From an uncultured Cocleimonas sp. (GTDB lineage: Bacteria > Pseudomonadota > Gammaproteobacteria > Thiotrichales > Thiotrichaceae): 57,501 nucleotides of DNA. The stretch is from positions 7,050-64,550 of the forward strand of contig CAZPEE010000001.1 in the NCBI GenBank assembly GCA_964585525.1. Reading direction: 5' to 3'. This document shows, piece after piece, positions 9,652 through 21,028 of this stretch; positions within the stretch are counted from its first letter, which is position 1, and each line of letters opens with the position of its first letter. The position numbers and the translations under genes are program-made. Below the pieces are notes generated by a model. The model did no database searches and had not been told where the DNA came from. It saw nothing but the letters and a program-made list of their open reading frames with translations.

Positions 9652-11652
9652 ATGTCAAATCGTGCAAAACTGGCTAACGCCATACGCGCTCTTGCTATGG
9701 ACGCAATTCAAATCCCTAACTCCGGACACCCTGGTGCCCCTATGGGAATGGCGGATATAGCTGAAGTACTCTACAACGACTTCATGAAGCATAACCCAAC
9801 AAACCCGAAATGGGCTGATCGTGACCGCTTTATTATGTCTAACGGGCATGGTTCAATGTTGCCTTATTCGGTATTACATCTTACGGGCTATGATCTATCA
9901 ATAGATGACCTGAAAGCTTTCCGTAAATTACATTCCAAGACCCCTGGGCACCCGGAATACGGTTATACCCCAGGTATCGAAACAACTACAGGCCCTCTTG
10001 GTCAAGGTGTTGCAAATGCTGTAGGTATGGCTTTGACCGAAAAGGTTATGGCTGCACAGTTTAATAAAGATGGTCATGAAATTGTTGACCACAACACTTA
10101 TGTATTCCTGGGTGATGGTTGTTTAATGGAAGGCATCTCACATGAAGCCTGTTCTTTGGCAGGATCGTTTGGCCTGGGCAAATTAATCATGTTCTATGAT
10201 GACAACGATATCTCGATTGACGGAAATGTTGATGGCTGGTTTGTTGACGATACGCCCAAGCGTTTTGAAGCTTATAACTGGCATGTTCAGTCTATCGACG
10301 GCCATGATGCAGAAGCTATCAAGAAAGCAACAGAAGCGGCAATCGCAGAGACTGGCAAGCCTTCATTGATCTGTTGTAATACCGTTATCGGTAAAGGCGC
10401 GCCTAATAAAGAAGGTGGCCATCATGTGCATGGTGAAGCTTTGGGCATGGAAGAAATCGAAGCAACACGTGAAAACCTTGGCTGGAGCCATGTACCATTT
10501 GATATACCTGATGATGTCTATGCCGGCTGGGATGCAAAAGAAGCTGGCAAAGCTGCAGAAGCCAGCTGGAATGAAAAATTTGCGGCTTATGCTAAAGCCT
10601 ATCCAGAAGAAGCGGCCGAGTTTGAGCGTCGTACGGCAGGTGATCTACCAGCAGGCTGGTCAGAATATGCTGAAAAATTCATTGCTGAAGTGAATGAGAA
10701 GGCACCCACGCAAGCGACACGTATTTCATCCAAGATGGCTTTGAATGGTTATTGTAAGGTGTTGCCTGAATTCCTCGGTGGTTCTGCTGACCTGACACCG
10801 TCAAATAATACATTTAGTGAATGTAGCGTTAAGATTAACGATAATAATGGTTCGACAGAAATGAATTTTGCGGGTAATTACATCTCTTATGGTGTTCGCG
10901 AATTTGGAATGTCAGCCATTATGAATGGTGTAACCCTACATGGTGGCCTGCTACCTTATGGCGCTACTTTCCTGATGTTCTCTGAATATGCGCGTAACGC
11001 ATTGCGTATGGCAGCATTAATGAAGATTCGAACCATTTTTGTTTACACGCATGATTCGATTGGCTTGGGCGAGGATGGCCCAACCCACCAGGCTGTTGAG
11101 CAAATTCCTACGCTACGCATGATTCCAAATATGTCTGTATGGAGGACCTGTGATGCAGTAGAAACAGCCGTTTCATGGAAAGCTGCAATCGAACGTAAAG
11201 AGGGTCCAACGACCTTGATCTTCTCACGTCAGAACCTGGCGCACCAGAACCGTACCGATGCACAAATCGCTGATATCGCCAAGGGTGGTTACATCCTAAA
11301 AGATACCGATGGCACGCCAGACGTCATCGTCATTGCAACCGGGTCTGAAGTTGACCTGGCGATGCAGGCAGCAGAAGCTTCGGATAAAAAAGTTCGCGTT
11401 GTTTCCATGCCTTCAGTTGATACTTTTGAGGCGCAAGATGATGCCTATAAAGAATCTGTACTTCCTGCTGCAGTTACTGCGCGTGTTGCGGTTGAAGCCG
11501 CTACACCAGATGCCTGGTACAAGTATGTTGGCTTAAATGGCAAAGTGATTGGAATGACCACTTTTGGTGAATCCGCCCCAGCGCCTGAGCTGTTTGAGTA
11601 CTTTGGTTTTACTGTTGATAATGTCGTCGGCGCAATTAACGAAGTCGCGTAA
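9652..11652 (+). CDS. tkt: Transketolase
   Basis: [42 protein letters not shown]. Confidence 0.97.
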   Translation: MSNRAKLANAIRALAMDAIQIPNSGHPGAPMGMADIAEVLYNDFMKHNPTNPKWADRDRFIMSNGHGSMLPYSVLHLTGYDLSIDDLKAFRKLHSKTPGHPEYGYTPGIETTTGPLGQGVANAVGMALTEKVMAAQFNKDGHEIVDHNTYVFLGDGCLMEGISHEACSLAGSFGLGKLIMFYDDNDISIDGNVDGWFVDDTPKRFEAYNWHVQSIDGHDAEAIKKATEAAIAETGKPSLICCNTVIGKGAPNKEGGHHVHGEALGMEEIEATRENLGWSHVPFDIPDDVYAGWDAKEAGKAAEASWNEKFAAYAKAYPEEAAEFERRTAGDLPAGWSEYAEKFIAEVNEKAPTQATRISSKMALNGYCKVLPEFLGGSADLTPSNNTFSECSVKINDNNGSTEMNFAGNYISYGVREFGMSAIMNGVTLHGGLLPYGATFLMFSEYARNALRMAALMKIRTIFVYTHDSIGLGEDGPTHQAVEQIPTLRMIPNMSVWRTCDAVETAVSWKAAIERKEGPTTLIFSRQNLAHQNRTDAQIADIAKGGYILKDTDGTPDVIVIATGSEVDLAMQAAEASDKKVRVVSMPSVDTFEAQDDAYKESVLPAAVTARVAVEAATPDAWYKYVGLNGKVIGMTTFGESAPAPELFEYFGFTVDNVVGAINEVA

Positions 11653-11827
11653 TTTGACTACATAAACTTATCCCTGCTACACATCATTTCTGCGTAGGAA
11701 ACACTTATCTTTATTTTGTTTATAAAAAGCTAAGTTCATATTTCCACCTTAAACTGGCGTGTAGTAGGGCAATCTAAACATTTCAAAAAATCTTATTTAT
11801 TTTTTATAACTTTTAAGGAGTTCCCCC

Positions 11828-12826
11828 ATGGCAACAAAAGTTGGAATTAACGGTTTTGGCCGTATCGGACGTATGGTTTTCCGTGCAATCAAAAAAGATT
11901 TCCCATCATTAGAAGTCGTCGGTATCAATGACCTACTAGAAAATGATTATCTGGCGTACATGCTTAAATACGATACTGCCCACGGTCGTTTTGATGGTGA
12001 AGTATCTGACGTAGACGATACTTCTTTCACGGTAGATGGCAACAAAATCCGCATCACTGCTGAGCGTAATCCTGCTGATCTTAAGTGGGACGAAGTAGGC
12101 GCAGAAGTTGTAATCGACTGTACTGGTTTCTTCTTAACACAGGAAAGCTGTCAGGCTCATATTGATGCTGGTGCTAAAAAAGTCGTTCAATCAGCTCCTT
12201 GTAAAGATGGTGGCCCAATGTTCGTTTATGGCGTAAACCACGACGCTTACGATGGACAAGAAATCATTTCTGCTGCATCTTGTACGACTAACTGTCTTGC
12301 ACCAATCGCTAAAGTTATTAATGATAACTGGGGTTTAAAGCGTGGTTTAATGACAACGGTTCACGCATCAACGGCTACACAGAAAACGGTTGATGGTCCT
12401 TCAATGAAAGACTGGCGCGGCGGACGTTCTGTATTTGAGAACATTATCCCATCATCAACGGGTGCTGCAAAAGCTGTAGGTGTGGTACTTCCTGAGCTTA
12501 ACGGTAAACTCACCGGCATGGCTTTCCGCATCCCTTCAGTTGACGTTTCTGTTGTTGATTTAACCTGTGAACTAGACAAACCCGCATCTTACGATGATAT
12601 TTGTGGTGCTATCAAAGAAGCTTCAGAAAGCTCACTTAAAGGAACACTTCAGTACACTGATGAGAAAGTGGTATCTTCTGACTTCCGTGGAATCAGCGCA
12701 TCGTCAATCTTTGATGCTGGCGCAGGTATTGCACTTGATGATACTTTCGTTAAAGTCGTTTCCTGGTACGACAACGAGTACGGTTACACCTGTAATATGC
12801 TCCGCCTGGTTGAACACGTAGCTTAA
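11828..12826 (+). CDS. gap: Glyceraldehyde-3-phosphate dehydrogenase type I
   Basis: [25 protein letters not shown]. Confidence 0.98.
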   Translation: MATKVGINGFGRIGRMVFRAIKKDFPSLEVVGINDLLENDYLAYMLKYDTAHGRFDGEVSDVDDTSFTVDGNKIRITAERNPADLKWDEVGAEVVIDCTGFFLTQESCQAHIDAGAKKVVQSAPCKDGGPMFVYGVNHDAYDGQEIISAASCTTNCLAPIAKVINDNWGLKRGLMTTVHASTATQKTVDGPSMKDWRGGRSVFENIIPSSTGAAKAVGVVLPELNGKLTGMAFRIPSVDVSVVDLTCELDKPASYDDICGAIKEASESSLKGTLQYTDEKVVSSDFRGISASSIFDAGAGIALDDTFVKVVSWYDNEYGYTCNMLRLVEHVA

Positions 12827-12845
12827 TTTATAGAGTTACACCCTA

Positions 12846-12878
12846 AATCTAAAGGGCTGTTTATCAGCCCTTTAGATT
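12846..12878 (+). terminator. 14-bp hairpin after gap (terminator or mRNA stabiliser)
   Basis: AATCTAAAGGGCTG-TTTAT-CAGCCCTTTAGATT. Confidence 0.6.
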
Positions 12879-12950
12879 AATTTAATAAGTTTTGCACAAA
12901 AATATTCAATGCTTATTTAATTAATCTAAAAAACTTAAAGGAGCTCATCC

Positions 12951-14132
12951 ATGTCTGTTATCAAGATGACTGACCTAGACCTCGCGGGAAAGCGTGTTCT
13001 TATTCGCCAAGACTTAAACGTGCCCATAAAAGATGGCAAAGTAACTTCTGATAAGCGTATTCGTGCTTCGTTACCTTCAATTGAATTTCTGGTTAAAGCT
13101 GGCGCAAAAGTGATGATTATGTCCCACCTGGGCCGTCCCACAGAAGGTCAGCCAGAAGAGCAGTTTTCTTTAGCGCCTGTTGCAGCACATATGTCTGAAC
13201 TATTAGGCCAAGAGGTAAAATTAGTAACGGATTATCTGGAAAAAGCACCAAATCTTGAAAATGGACAAGTAGTCCTACTTGAGAATGTGCGTTTCAATAA
13301 AGGCGAAAAAGCAAACGACGAAACGCTTTCAAAGCAATACGCTGCACTTTGTGATGTGTACGTAATGGATGCTTTCGGCACAGCGCATCGTGCACAGGCA
13401 TCAACATACGGTGCGGGTCAATTTGCCCCAACGGCAGCGGCTGGCCCATTGCTTGCAGGTGAGTTGGAAGCATTGGGTAAAGCACTGGATAATCCAGCGC
13501 GCCCCATGGTTGCGTTGGTTGGTGGTTCCAAAGTATCTACTAAACTAACTGTTCTTGAATCACTATCAAAAGTGGTTGACCAGTTAATTGTGGGCGGTGG
13601 TATCGCCAATACCTTTATTGCGGCAGAAGGCCATAATGTCGGTAAATCACTTTATGAAGAAGACCTGGTAGAAACCGCAAAAGAACTTAAAGCGGCAGCA
13701 CAGGCCAACGGTGGCGATATTCCTGTTCCTGTTGATGTGGTTTGTGGCAAGGAATTTTCCGAGACAGCTAAAGCCACCATTAAAAACGTTGAAGATGTTG
13801 CAGATGATGACATGATTTTTGATATCGGCCCAAAATCAGCGGCAGAGCTTGCAGAAGTTATTAAAAAAGCAGGCACTATCGTTTGGAATGGCCCGGTTGG
13901 CGTATTTGAATTTGACCAGTTTGGGGAAGGCACTAAAGCAATTGCTATGGCAATCGCCGAATCTGATGGTTTCTCAGTAGCAGGCGGTGGTGATACCCTG
14001 GCAGCAGTTGATAAATATGACATTGCCGACAAAGTCTCCTACATTTCAACTGGCGGTGGTTCTTTTCTTGAGTTCCTGGAAGGTAAGAAACTACCCGTTG
14101 TTGCCATGCTGGAAGAACGAGCAAAAGGATAA
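12951..14132 (+). CDS. pgk: Phosphoglycerate kinase
   Basis: [25 protein letters not shown]. Confidence 0.98.
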   Translation: MSVIKMTDLDLAGKRVLIRQDLNVPIKDGKVTSDKRIRASLPSIEFLVKAGAKVMIMSHLGRPTEGQPEEQFSLAPVAAHMSELLGQEVKLVTDYLEKAPNLENGQVVLLENVRFNKGEKANDETLSKQYAALCDVYVMDAFGTAHRAQASTYGAGQFAPTAAAGPLLAGELEALGKALDNPARPMVALVGGSKVSTKLTVLESLSKVVDQLIVGGGIANTFIAAEGHNVGKSLYEEDLVETAKELKAAAQANGGDIPVPVDVVCGKEFSETAKATIKNVEDVADDDMIFDIGPKSAAELAEVIKKAGTIVWNGPVGVFEFDQFGEGTKAIAMAIAESDGFSVAGGGDTLAAVDKYDIADKVSYISTGGGSFLEFLEGKKLPVVAMLEERAKG

Positions 14133-14195
14133 TAACCCTGTCATAAAGCCACAGTATACTGTGGCTTTATTATAGCAATAGGAAAACTCTCCTTT

Positions 14196-15659
14196 ATGAG
14201 AAGAACCATGAGAAGGACAAAAATTATAGCGACAATGGGGCCCGCTACCGATACGCCAGAGTCTGTGGAAGCCATGATTCGTGCAGGTGTGGATGTTGTA
14301 CGCTTAAATTTCTCGCACGGTAATATTGAAGATCATAAAAAACGGGCTCAAATGGTGCGAAATGCCTCTGACAAGCTAGGCTGGACAGTAGGTATCCTCG
14401 GCGATTTACAAGGCCCAAAAATTCGTATTGATCGTTTTATTGACGGCAAAGTGATTATCAAGCCAGGCGATAGCTTTATACTTGACGCTGCTTTTGATAA
14501 AGACCTCGGCACTTCTGAGCGTGTCGGAATAGCTTATAAAGACCTACCCAGGGATGTTTACAAGGGTGATGACCTGATGCTGGATGATGGCCGCATCGTC
14601 CTTAAAGTAACCGATGTCATTGATAATACCGAGATTCACACCAAGGTAATTGTAGGTGGCGAGCTATCCAATAATAAGGGCATTAATAAGCGCGGTGGTG
14701 GTATTTCTGCCGAAGCGTTAAGTGACAAGGATAAAGACGATATTAAAGCGGCCGCAGAAATTGGTGTTGATTTTCTCGCCGTATCTTTTCCAAGGGATGC
14801 AGCAGACCTGGTTTATGCCAGGGAATTATTGAAAGATGCGGGTAGCAATGCGGCTATTGTGGCTAAGGTAGAACGTGCCGAAGCAGTGGAACAACCCACC
14901 CTGGATGCTATCATTGAAGCATCCGATGTTATTATGGTTGCGCGGGGCGATTTAGGTGTTGAGATCGGCGATGCAAATTTACCGTTGATGCAAAAGAAAC
15001 TGATCAAACGTGCCCGGAAAATGAATCGTGCGGTTATTACAGCAACCCAAATGATGGAAACCATGACGGAAAATACTATTCCGACACGGGCGGAAGTTTT
15101 TGATGTTGCCAATGCCGTTATGGACGGTACAGATGCGGTAATGCTTTCTGGTGAAACTGCTACAGGAAAGCACCCGGACAAGGTTGTTGCGGCAATGGCA
15201 AGTATTTGTGTAGAAGCAGAACAAGCAAGCACGGCAAAACAATCCGGGCATCGCCTTGGTAGTAAATTTGAAAGGATAGACGAAGGCATTGCCATGGCAA
15301 CCATGTATGCGGCCAACCATATGGATGTAAAAGGCATTGGCGCATTAACCGAATCTGGTTCAACGGCATTATGGATGTCCCGCATGAGTTCAGGCATACC
15401 CATTTATGCCATGACAACCCATAAGGCTACCTGTCGCCGTGTAAGCATATACCGTGGCGTTTACCCTGTGTGGATTCACGAGAAACTTACCAGCCCACGC
15501 GAAGCCAACCGTTTAGTTGTAGAACACTTGCTAGAAGAAAATATTGTTAGCAATGGTGATCTTGTCATCATAACCAAGGGTGATTTGGTTGGCTCAGGTA
15601 CGGATGGTGGAACCAATCAAATGAAAATCATTCGTGTAGGCGATCACCACAATGGTTAA
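14196..15659 (+). CDS. pyk: Pyruvate kinase (start may be 14208)
   Basis: RRTKIIATMGP, RLNFSHG, DLQGPKIR, MVARGDLGVE, DAVMLSGET. Confidence 0.97.
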   Translation: MRRTMRRTKIIATMGPATDTPESVEAMIRAGVDVVRLNFSHGNIEDHKKRAQMVRNASDKLGWTVGILGDLQGPKIRIDRFIDGKVIIKPGDSFILDAAFDKDLGTSERVGIAYKDLPRDVYKGDDLMLDDGRIVLKVTDVIDNTEIHTKVIVGGELSNNKGINKRGGGISAEALSDKDKDDIKAAAEIGVDFLAVSFPRDAADLVYARELLKDAGSNAAIVAKVERAEAVEQPTLDAIIEASDVIMVARGDLGVEIGDANLPLMQKKLIKRARKMNRAVITATQMMETMTENTIPTRAEVFDVANAVMDGTDAVMLSGETATGKHPDKVVAAMASICVEAEQASTAKQSGHRLGSKFERIDEGIAMATMYAANHMDVKGIGALTESGSTALWMSRMSSGIPIYAMTTHKATCRRVSIYRGVYPVWIHEKLTSPREANRLVVEHLLEENIVSNGDLVIITKGDLVGSGTDGGTNQMKIIRVGDHHNG

Positions 15660-15786
15660 TTAATTTCATTTGCTTAACCTGAATCCATGACCTCAGGTTA
15701 AAAACATGTGAATTGCTCAGGAAATATCAACTCCTGTATGATTCATGCACTTTTTTTACTTTTTTATAAAAATTAAGGAGGACCAC

Positions 15787-16854
15787 ATGGCCCTAATTTC
15801 AATGAGACAACTGCTTGACCACGCAGCTGAAAATGGCTATGGAATGCCAGCATTTAACGTAAACAACATGGAGCAAGTTCATGCCATCATGCAAGCGGCT
15901 GACGAGACAAACTCTCCTGTCATCATGCAGGGTTCTGCAGGTGCGCGCTCCTATGCTGGTGAGCCTTTCCTGCGTCACCTTATCACGGCTGCGACAGAAA
16001 TGTACCCTCATATCCCTATCGTCATGCATCAGGACCATGGTTCTGAGCCTGCTGTATGTCTGCGTTCCATTCAATCTGGTTTTACCTCCGTTATGATGGA
16101 TGGCTCATTAATGTCTGACATGAAAACACCCGGTAGTTTCGAGTACAATGTTGGCGTTACGTCTGAAGTAGTCAAAATGGCTCATGCAGGTGGTGTATCC
16201 GTGGAAGGTGAGCTAGGTTGCCTTGGATCACTTGAGACCGGCATGATGGGTGAAGAAGATGGACACGGTGCTGAAGGTCAACTAGATATGGATCAGCTTT
16301 TAACATCGGTTGAAGAAGCAGCGGACTTTGTTAAGGCAACCAATGTTGATGCCCTGGCCATTGCTATCGGCACATCACATGGTGCTTATAAATTTACCAA
16401 AGAGCCTACTGGCGATGTGCTACGCATTGACCGTATTAAAGAAATCCATGAACGTATTCCTAATACCCACCTCGTTATGCACGGTTCTTCCTCCGTTCCA
16501 CAGGATTGGTTGGAAATCATCAATAGTTATGGTGGCGACATGGGGCAGACTTACGGCGTACCTGTTGAAGAGATTGTTGAAGGCATTAAGAATGGCGTTG
16601 CCAAAGTGAATATTGATACGGATTTACGGATGGCTTCTACAGGTGCTATTCGTAAGCATCTGAAAGAGAACCCTACTAACTTTGACCCACGTAAATTCTT
16701 GAAAGAATCGACTAACGCCATGAAAGAAATTTGTAAGGCACGTTATGAAGCTTTCGGGTCAGCAGGTAATGCTGATAAAATTGGAAAAATCTATTCGTTA
16801 GATCAAATGTCTCAAAAATATGCTGCTGGTGATCTTGATCAGAAGATCACTTGA
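15787..16854 (+). CDS. fba: Fructose-bisphosphate aldolase class II
   Basis: [25 protein letters not shown]; AAGGAG RBS before ATG 15787. Confidence 0.97.
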   Translation: MALISMRQLLDHAAENGYGMPAFNVNNMEQVHAIMQAADETNSPVIMQGSAGARSYAGEPFLRHLITAATEMYPHIPIVMHQDHGSEPAVCLRSIQSGFTSVMMDGSLMSDMKTPGSFEYNVGVTSEVVKMAHAGGVSVEGELGCLGSLETGMMGEEDGHGAEGQLDMDQLLTSVEEAADFVKATNVDALAIAIGTSHGAYKFTKEPTGDVLRIDRIKEIHERIPNTHLVMHGSSSVPQDWLEIINSYGGDMGQTYGVPVEEIVEGIKNGVAKVNIDTDLRMASTGAIRKHLKENPTNFDPRKFLKESTNAMKEICKARYEAFGSAGNADKIGKIYSLDQMSQKYAAGDLDQKIT

Positions 16855-16871
16855 TTTTTTAGCTATTTTTT

Positions 16872-16907
16872 AAACAAAACCCCGGCACGAACCGGGGTTT
16901 TGTTTTT
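16872..16907 (+). terminator. Intrinsic terminator of the tkt-fba operon
   Basis: AAACAAAACCCCGG-CACGAA-CCGGGGTTTTGTTTTT. Confidence 0.9.
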
Positions 16908-17020
16908 ATATTCCTTTATTATGATGTGTGACTGTTTCTACTTTGCTATCATGATAAACTAAACCTATAATATCCCATACAGATTTCTCTTAACTGTTTT
17001 TGAATGCCAATAAACGCTTT

Positions 17021-17482
17021 ATGAAAAAAACTTCTCTTATTGTTTTAATTTCATTATTACTCACTGTACTTTCAGCTTGTTCTAACTTTAATGATTTTAT
17101 ACAGTCTGGCGCTTTCCAGAGCATAAATCAAAACAGCCCTAATCCACTTAAAAGCCCAGCAGATGCCAGAATTGAAAAGATATTGGTGGGTGGAAAATGG
17201 CTATACCAACGCCAGGCGGATGACTGCAAAGATACCTATTGGGCACAACATTTTTATAAAAATGGTTATTACAAATCAGGCGGTGCTACCTGTTTGCTTT
17301 CTGACTCTTTTTCCGTCGATGCAGAAGCATGGCATGTTAAAGATCAGATTTTATATATTTTAAACCTCTCTCCCCGTGCTGGTGAAGATATTATTCTAAA
17401 ATATGGTGTGGAAATGCCCACTAAAAACCGCATGATTTTACGTAGCTCGGATAGCACTTACACCTTCATTAGAAGTTATTAG
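17021..17482 (+). CDS. Hypothetical lipoprotein
   Basis: MKK + hydrophobic stretch + lipobox LSAC; beta-rich body with 'LVGGKW' lipocalin-like start. Confidence 0.7.
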   Translation: MKKTSLIVLISLLLTVLSACSNFNDFIQSGAFQSINQNSPNPLKSPADARIEKILVGGKWLYQRQADDCKDTYWAQHFYKNGYYKSGGATCLLSDSFSVDAEAWHVKDQILYILNLSPRAGEDIILKYGVEMPTKNRMILRSSDSTYTFIRSY

Positions 17483-17925
17483 TTTTTCGCTACTAACCAA
17501 ACACCAATAATAATAGAAAAGAACCCTGCCAAACGCCCCCAGTGGATGGGTTGTGCCGTAGCCCCCAACCAACCAAATTGTTCAATCAACGCCGTGATTA
17601 TAAACTGGGCGGCAATCACTATGGTAAAAGCTGTAGCAAGTCCCAGCCGGGGAATGGTAAATGAAATTGCCGAAACAATAACCAACCCAAGTACCCCAGA
17701 CCAAAGTGTGTATAAAGGGATGCTGTTCCCCAAGGCTTTAAAGTTGAAATTACCCGGCGTGAGAAGTAAATAAACTACCATAATTAACCCACCCAGAACA
17801 TAAGTCAGGAAAACACTTTCCCTGGTTCCCATGCCCCTATCCATAATACCCATCAGTTGTCCCTGAACCGAGACTGCAATTCCGCCGATTGCGGCTATTA
17901 TGATTAATAAAATCGTATTATTCAT
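17479..17925 (-). CDS. DMT-superfamily transporter, YdcZ-like
   Basis: Five hydrophobic helices, GG...VQG, PRLG, IEQFGWLG motifs. Confidence 0.85.
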   Translation of the reverse strand: MNNTILLIIIAAIGGIAVSVQGQLMGIMDRGMGTRESVFLTYVLGGLIMVVYLLLTPGNFNFKALGNSIPLYTLWSGVLGLVIVSAISFTIPRLGLATAFTIVIAAQFIITALIEQFGWLGATAQPIHWGRLAGFFSIIIGVWLVAKN

Positions 17926-18125
17926 GTTTACCCTACTCACCAAGAAGATTCTAAAGTGTACGCTATCATTGATTAACAGGGTAAATTTTTAAACTGAATT
18001 TCTCTCCACCTGGTCGCACTGGGCTTCCTGACCACACTTGAATAGCCAGGCAGGGATTTTGTGAAGGAGCGGCGTGCAATTTAATCTGTAGCATTCTTCA
18101 ACTATAGTAAAGGGAAAAATACTTA

Positions 18126-19049
18126 CTACCAACCACGCTCAGAATAATTCCAACCCCGTTTAAACTGGTCTGACCAACGACCTTTCCAGTGTCCATTTGC
18201 TCCATGGGAACGATAATAACCTGGTGGGTAGGGTGCATAACCATGGTTTGAATCTTCTGGCCAGAAACGATTATCATCTCGGTCATCTCTATAATTATGG
18301 CAATTAATGACACCACGTTTACAAAGGCTTTCACGCCATTCATATTTTATGAACTGTTTAATGATTGGCTTGTTTTTAGCTTTAAATGTGACTCTAACCG
18401 TTGGTGAATACTCCTCCTCTCCAAAGCCTGTACCTGCGGATTCTTCAGCAAGGTATCCACTGCGTGATTTACCCATTTGTCTTTTTGGCGATGATTCTTT
18501 ATGTTTTTTGTTATAGTAATGTTCACGGTGTTTTTCTTCATACACTGCAATGGCAATAACACCCATTGCGGTTCGATCACCCCAGGCATCAGCATAAGAA
18601 TTATCCGAAGAGGTAAAATAGAAACGATTTACCTGATTTTTTGCGGTTCTCCAACCCGTATAGGTAGATGTTTCATAAGGATCCAGAATATACATTTTCT
18701 CGTGATTGCCAAGCCATGATTTTTTTCCCGTTAGTATATTTCTACCATCAACCGCAATGACCAATCCTACGCGTCGATTGGAGGTATTTCGAACCCGGAT
18801 ACTGTAATGACTGCCTTTCTCAGCTTCCAGATAAGTTCGTCTTACATGGTTTCTACGGCTTGTAGCACTGTATTGATGCAAGGCTCTACCATGATCTTTT
18901 ATGATATCAATGGTCACGGGTGAATAAGATGTGTGCTGTGGTGATGTCTCCCAGTAACTGGCATGTGTGTTTGTTGTAACTAATATTGCCAATAGGGGTA
19001 ACAACATTTGGATAAAGGTGTGTATTGGGTATAGGTTTAGCTTTTTCAT
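18126..19049 (-). CDS. Conserved hypothetical exported protein
   Basis: Signal-like N-terminus from ATG 19049 (AGGA RBS); YSIRVRN...VIAVDGRNI, GWR....V.RFYFT, GVIAIAVY, AGTGFGE blocks. Confidence 0.75.
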   Translation of the reverse strand: MKKLNLYPIHTFIQMLLPLLAILVTTNTHASYWETSPQHTSYSPVTIDIIKDHGRALHQYSATSRRNHVRRTYLEAEKGSHYSIRVRNTSNRRVGLVIAVDGRNILTGKKSWLGNHEKMYILDPYETSTYTGWRTAKNQVNRFYFTSSDNSYADAWGDRTAMGVIAIAVYEEKHREHYYNKKHKESSPKRQMGKSRSGYLAEESAGTGFGEEEYSPTVRVTFKAKNKPIIKQFIKYEWRESLCKRGVINCHNYRDDRDDNRFWPEDSNHGYAPYPPGYYRSHGANGHWKGRWSDQFKRGWNYSERGW

Positions 19050-19157
19050 CGTTTTTCCTGCCACATTAAGTTCGTATAATCCTTGTGACCGGGTACTACC
19101 CATTTTGGTTCAATCGTTTCAAAATGATAATATTTAAAAACCGACAAACGGTAGTGA

Positions 19158-19832
19158 CTAATAGAACTTATCTTGCTTGATTTTAAACAACGTATTTAAT
19201 GCTGATGCAGCCAGCATTCCACCACCTCGTGTTCCAAGAATAGTGATGCACGGTATGCCTAGCCGTTCATGGTGTTCCCACAGATAATCCTTTGCTTCTG
19301 CTGCTCCGGAAAAACCTACAGGCGTCGCAATTATCAAGGCCGGTTTATTTTGATCATCATCCTCGCTATTATCATTGTGATTTTCTTCAAGGATTTCCAT
19401 TAAACGAAATAAAGCCGTAGGTTCATTGCCTATAACAATAATACTGCCTGCAAGGTAATTTCCCCAAAGGTCTACTGCAACCATACTGCGGGTTTGTTTA
19501 TTGGCTTTAGCCTGTGAAATAACACTCGCTTTATTGATCAAACATACCGGCTCATGTTTTAAAAGATTTTGTTTTAAAGCTGCTATAACGACTTCTGTAT
19601 CACACAGTAATTCATAATCGTCATCCAGTAACTCAAGGCTTTGCTCCATGAAATTATCACTTATCTGAATATTTTCAATCAAAGATAAGTCACCACATGT
19701 ATATATCATTCTTAAAATTATTTGTTGTTCAGCTTTACTCCACTGATCTAATTGCTCTTCTGATAAGTGTTCGCGTATATACGCATAGGCTTTTTTTCGC
19801 AGTTTTTTGGGATCAGTTTCGTATTTTATCAT
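19158..19832 (-). CDS. cobH: Precorrin-8X methylmutase (CobH/CbiC) homologue, catalytic His not conserved
   Basis: TRS, GNEPTALF, PVGF.GAAEAK, RGG motifs; RMIYTCGD in place of RMxHACG. Confidence 0.75.
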   Translation of the reverse strand: MIKYETDPKKLRKKAYAYIREHLSEEQLDQWSKAEQQIILRMIYTCGDLSLIENIQISDNFMEQSLELLDDDYELLCDTEVVIAALKQNLLKHEPVCLINKASVISQAKANKQTRSMVAVDLWGNYLAGSIIVIGNEPTALFRLMEILEENHNDNSEDDDQNKPALIIATPVGFSGAAEAKDYLWEHHERLGIPCITILGTRGGGMLAASALNTLFKIKQDKFY

Positions 19833-20100
19833 TACGGTTATTCTCTTTTATGCTTATTGTCTTTTTCGCAAAACATCATACAAAGCCTTTCATTTATTAT
19901 GCAAATTAGATTATAGACCTGATTTGATAATTTTTTACTATGTATACTGAAATTTCTAACCTATGTACCAATTATTCTTTATACTTTCGTAACTAATCTG
20001 TATTTGCCTATGTTAGATTTTTCACCCTTGCATTTCCTAAACCAAATTTCTCTCATGCTTGCGTTTAATTACTGCTAAAATATCGTACTTTCTTTAATAC

Positions 20101-21024
20101 ATGTCGAAAAATTATTTATTCATGATTAAGCCTGTTTTCACCACTAATCTTACTCATTTGCCTTTAATTGCTAAAGGAAAGGTACGTGATATTTATGATG
20201 TAGACGAACATCATATGTTGATTGTCACAACCGACCGTCTATCGGCTTTTGATGTTGTTCTCCCTGATCCTATTCCTGGAAAAGGTATTGTTTTAACACA
20301 AGTATCCAACTTTTGGTTTAATAAGCTCAATAGCATTATCCCTAATCATTTAAGTGAGTTAACGCTCTCTGACCTTAAACTGTCATCCGATGAAAAAACC
20401 ATGCTGGAAGGGCGTAGCATTATTGTAAAAAAACTCAAACCGCTTCCTGTCGAAGCAATCGTAAGAGGTTATATTATTGGTTCTGGATGGAAGGACTATC
20501 AGGAAAACGGTAAGGTTTGTGGCATATCTTTACCTGAAGGTTTGCAACTTGCTGATAAATTACCTGAACCCATTTTTACACCCTCTACCAAAGCTGACGT
20601 TGGCGGCCATGATATTAATATCAACTTTTCCCGTATGCATGCCCTAATTGGTGGTTTTCTTGCTGACCAGGTGCGTGATGTTAGCTTACAACTCTACAAA
20701 CAGGCTTCCCAATATGCTCTGCAAAAAGGTATTATTATCGCGGATACCAAATTTGAATTTGGCCTTGATGAAGCCGGCCACTTAGTATTGATTGATGAAA
20801 TACTTACGCCTGATTCATCACGCTTCTGGCCTGCCGAACACTATCAACCTGGTATCAGCCCACCCTCGTTTGATAAGCAATTTATTAGAGATTATCTGGA
20901 AACACTCGATTGGGATAAGACAGAACCAGGCCCACATATACCTGCTGTAATATTACAAAAAAGTGCCGAAAAATATCAAGAAGTCGCAAACCTGTTAATT
21001 AATACACAAGCAGCAAGTAAGTAA
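20101..21024 (+). CDS. purC: SAICAR synthase (start may be 20122)
   Basis: GKVRDIY, DRLSAFD, ADTKFEFG, DEILTPDSSRFW. Confidence 0.97.
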   Translation: MSKNYLFMIKPVFTTNLTHLPLIAKGKVRDIYDVDEHHMLIVTTDRLSAFDVVLPDPIPGKGIVLTQVSNFWFNKLNSIIPNHLSELTLSDLKLSSDEKTMLEGRSIIVKKLKPLPVEAIVRGYIIGSGWKDYQENGKVCGISLPEGLQLADKLPEPIFTPSTKADVGGHDININFSRMHALIGGFLADQVRDVSLQLYKQASQYALQKGIIIADTKFEFGLDEAGHLVLIDEILTPDSSRFWPAEHYQPGISPPSFDKQFIRDYLETLDWDKTEPGPHIPAVILQKSAEKYQEVANLLINTQAASK

Positions 21025-21028
21025 ACAT

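Noticed and set aside
9706-10446. Transketolase motif variants ([15 protein letters not shown] instead of HGAPLG)
   Set aside because: Catalytic histidines and the ThDP motif are retained; likely ordinary divergence
9652-16854. Highly expressed operon oriented head-on to the inferred leftward fork
   Set aside because: Common for metabolic operons, and depends on an unverified origin position
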